Assembly (NCBI GenBank): GCA_964016885.1
Contig: OZ024740.1
Span: 250,356,001-250,420,000 of the forward strand
Length of the DNA stretch: 64,000 bases
Source of the DNA: Eledone cirrhosa
Taxonomy: Eukaryota
Direction of reading: 5' to 3'
Shown here: positions 60,398 to 64,000 of the stretch, piece by piece
Layout: each line of letters opens with the position of its first letter
Position numbering within the stretch: the first letter of the stretch is position 1
Program-made: the position numbers and the translations under genes
The notes under the pieces: generated by a model
What the model was told of the DNA's origin: nothing
Databases searched by the model: none
The model's input: the letters and a program-made list of their open reading frames with translations, nothing else

Positions 60398-62417
60398 GTA
60401 GGATGGACCACGTTGTGATGCACCCATCCACATTGGCAGGAGGACAGTGAGAATCTTCATTCCCAGGGTCCCACCAGGACTGGACATGCGGTGGCTCATG
60501 GGGTGTGTAATTGAGGAGGGTACCAATGGTACCCTCATAAATGTTATCAAAACTACTCGAGAGGACTGGTCCAAATCAAACCGGAACAGCTAAAAAAACA
60601 TCCCGGATTACGTTTGCCTCCATATAGATGTGACTGCTGACAATGAGACCAGGATTTCCGACATGCATGCATTGGCCTCCATTTTCAACGACTATCAGAT
60701 CTTCACATCTCTTAGTTGGCCAGCAATGGGAGGTGAGGTGACAGTGTTGATTAGGAAAGCCTGGATCTTGAGGTAAGGACGATCTTCCTGGACTTGGACG
60801 GTAAGTTTATGTTCCCGGACATGTGCAATAGCAAAAGTGGTGCCTTTAGACTGGTGACCGTAAACGCCCCAACTAGGGATTTCTGGATTTCTTTAGATGC
60901 CTGGTAGCGTTTCTGGGAAGGGAATGTCTCACCGTTTATTGTTAGTGGGGGACTGGAATGGCATCTTAGACACACGCTGGAATTGTGTGGGAATAGCTGA
61001 TAAGATTTGGGGGTGCAAAAGCCTCAAGTACCTGATTGGCCAGTTCCAAATGTCTGACAAGTACCGACTAGATTTCCCTAATGTGTCTGTGTGGACCTGG
61101 ACAAACCGCATAGGGTCATCTAGATCGTATATAGATGGGTATTTTATTAGGTCCATATATAAGGATAGTATAGGTTGTCCACATTTCCAAATAGTCGCCT
61201 ATTTAGATTACAAATTTGTGATTGACATGGTCGACCTAGATAGAACTCACAGGGACCAAGTCACAACTTAAGTTAGTTGACGGGGGAAGGGTTCGTTAAC
61301 AACGAGTGGTAGTGGGCTCTCAAGAGAGAGTTTAGAGTAGTTTCAATAAGTTTTAATAAAGTTTTAATAATAGCGTTAGAAAAAGATAGAAAAGAGAGGA
61401 AGCTGGTAGCTAAATTAGATGACACTATTAGAAGTGGCATTGCAACTGATGTGCTAGCAGCGAAAAAGGCATAAGACCATTTCTTCAAGGTGAAACACGA
61501 AGGTTGCATTTTCAGAGCTAAGGTGCGTGCTTTAAGAAATGAGGGAATGAAAGTTGTTCGATGAGCCCATGTGGTGGAGACACAGTGTGGTAACAAAACC
61601 ACAATTTAGTCTGTGGCCGACCAAGACAAATGTGTGTTAAATAATTTCAAGCAGATGTGTGCGGCCTTTCACCAACACTTTGCTTGGTTGTGAGGGGTGA
61701 GGGGGGGGGGGGGGTGAAATGGTGGAAAACCTCACTTCCTACCTCGACACCCTGCCATATCTCTTGCTAGCTGATGCTGAGTGCTGCCAAAGGCCAATAA
61801 CATCAGGTGAGATGTTTCAATTTTTTCATGTTTCAATTGGAAAGGAAGGTGAGGGTGGTACCTCCCAATACATTTGCTAAAAAGGATGGTGAATGCAGCA
61901 AGAATGGCCTATGTGAATGGGCCAACTTTGAGCATGTGTCTGTAGGCTGGATGATTCGAAGAGGAGAGGGGTACCCTTCCCGGTTTTCCTCGAAGCGTGA
62001 GGTGGTTCAGGATTGGAGGGGTACTTGAGTTACTCCTGGCTGGTTAGTGGTATTCTTTTGGGGTATTCTGTTGTTTATATTTTTGTTAATTGTTTTTGTT
62101 ATCATTTTTTAACACAATTTTATGTAAAACCCCACTGTCCCCGACTTTGTATTGTCCTATACGTTCAGCCCTTGTGGAAACGAAAATCAATTGAGAGCAC
62201 TTTCGGGTCGGGGCCCATGGACAACTTCCAGAAATCCCTGGCCTGGCAGTGCTACCGTGGAGCTTTGTCAGTTTGGGATAAACTCTATAGGCATGGAAGT
62301 GCCATCAGCCGGGCCTGTCCGAGATGCATGTAAATCCTTTCTGGTTAATAAATGCATGTAAATCCTTTCTGGTTAATAAATGCATGTAAATCCTTTCTGG
62401 TTAATAAAGAAATCATT
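60398..62417 (+). mobile_element. Decayed, internally deleted Tx1-like fragments (F2-like)
   Basis: ORF1 piece, endonuclease (VGDWNGILD, SRSYID), jump to the ORF2 end, then a second 3' fragment with a triplicated 28-bp end. Confidence 0.75.
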
Positions 62418-62844
62418 AGTAAAGATTTTTATGGTATAATTTTATACAGAATATTCTTGCAGAGCAGATGTTCAACATAAACTCACAAGTCAGCAATGCT
62501 TGGACATTAAATGAGTGTGTGCAGAATGGTCTTATTGCCCCATGTGCATCTTGGACAGGCCTGGCTGATGGAACTTCCACACCTGTAATGTTTTATTAAT
62601 TCTGAAGATTCCAGTTATTGGTTCATATAATTAATTAATCAATAATTAAATATATGACCAGTAAGATATATGATATAATTAGCTGTATTTGTTCTTATTT
62701 TCAATTACTCTCTCTCTATATATATATATAGTGAGTAATATTAAAAATTCCTCAATTACAAGTATGAATAGAGCTTGATGTAATATATGAAACAGTCGTT
62801 AGTTATTAAATGTTTGAAAGATTAAATACTCTTTGATTATTATT

Positions 62845-62906
<62 letters not shown>

Positions 62907-62954
62907 TGAAATAAGATAACAAGGACGATTGGTTACTCCTTCATTACGTTTATT

Positions 62955-63038
62955 GGTTGGTGACGCGCGTTTCGCCAGCTCTAGGTTCGATCTGTATCGA
63001 TCTAACCTGACTCTGTAATCCGCAGCTCGTCAGACCCC
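62955..63038 (-). ncRNA. Candidate minimal type I hammerhead ribozyme
   Basis: Minus strand reads GGGGU CUGACGA GCUG..(hairpin insert)..UGGC GAAA C GCGC GUC ACC; all core nucleotides are present. Confidence 0.72.
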
Positions 63039-63074
63039 GTGTAATGTTAATGGAAGAATATATATATATATATT

Positions 63075-63166
63075 TATTTAATATACAAGTGGCTTCTACA
63101 GGACTAGAACTGTTTTATTCAGGAGAAACAGTTCTAATCCTGTAGAAGCCATTTCTATATTAAATA
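63075..63166. repeat. 41-bp inverted repeat with a 10-nt loop
   Basis: Arms 63075-63115 and 63126-63166, 3 mismatches. Confidence 0.9.
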
Positions 63167-63279
63167 TTTATTCTCTGCTATGTATTGAGTACCTTACTTA
63201 TTGTGGTTACCCCCGATTGAACTCAGGATAAACTTATATATATATATATATATAAGTATACAAACATATATATATATAC

Positions 63280-64000
63280 ACAAACATAAATTATCGAGAT
63301 TCGCATTTCGGCCCACGAAATAACGAAAAACAACCTCCGAGATGTGTGGCAAGTGCTCAATGATTCAGATGAACCAGAGCTATAACAAACGTTAAAGGCC
63401 AAACACAATGAGACGATGGTCAAACAATCATTCGCATATCCAAAAAAAAACGATCAAGTAATTCGGGTATTGAAAAATTTACCCGGACCCCTGGAAGGTT
63501 GGCAAAATCCAGTATTTGGGTTTCTGCGGCTCCTAAATCAAATACCGTCCGCTTACATAAATAATGTCAGGCTTCTGGTAAGATGATTGAACAAGGAAGC
63601 CACTTTCTCAACAGGTTTTAGTTCAATGTTAATACAAGGACTGACTATTGCTGACTCCACGTGGGGATCGGCAAGGGAGGAAGCCCCTATATTAGGCGAA
63701 TAAATTCAGTTGTGTATATTTTTGCAAGAATGCCAAAACATCACAAATCGAATAGAGTTCTCAACAGAAGGGTTAAAATTAACATAAGCTATTCATCAGT
63801 CAATAGAATCAACTAAAAAATCAAGAAAATTAACTGGTCAATAGCTAGAGTCTGGATATAAATACAAACATAAATTATCGAGATTCGCATTTCGGCCCAC
63901 GAAATAACGAAAAACAACCTCCGAGATGTGTGGCAAGTGCTCAATGATTCAGATGAACCAGAGCTATAACAAACGTTAAAGGTCAAACACACTGAGACGA
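63280..64000. repeat. Direct repeat with a 584-bp offset; second copy cut by the window end
   Basis: ACAAACATAAATTATCGAGATTCG.. at 63280 and 63864, near-identical to the window end. Confidence 0.85.

Noticed and set aside
63298-63799. Second hammerhead (GAAA-U-GCGA-AUC near 63300 and CUGAUGA at 63793-63799 on the minus strand)
   Set aside because: The two half-cores are about 490 nt apart with no joining stems

Overview
Eukaryotic repeat DNA with no host gene, rRNA, tRNA gene or CRISPR array that I can support. The SINE family and the abundant (TA)n/(CA)n tracts suggest a cephalopod such as octopus, but this is my inference. 1-3261 is the 3' part of a decayed Ty3/Gypsy LTR retrotransposon. 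From about 3.3 to 59.3 kb the window is an almost gap-free train of non-LTR retroelements joined by about 28 short (ATT)n tracts, all reading ATT on the + strand. The train holds (i) at least four families (F1-F4, my labels) of two-ORF L1/Tx1-like LINEs, all on +, including one copy with an intact 1139-aa ORF2; (ii) two families of R4/Dong-like elements with a restriction-like endonuclease, all on -; (iii) about ten copies of a tRNA-derived SINE whose 3' end resembles the Tx1-like 3' end; and (iv) one RTE element that is not at an ATT tract. The most notable signals are a self-regenerating (ATT)n target shared by two unrelated endonuclease classes in opposite polarity, a conserved GTAAGT-polypyrimidine-AG mini-intron at the ORF1/ORF2 junction that would fuse the ORFs in frame, a minimal Penelope-type hammerhead ribozyme near 63 kb, and a -1 frameshift signal in the Gypsy element. 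Element boundaries were read by eye and are approximate (a few bp at ATT junctions, tens of bp in decayed copies).
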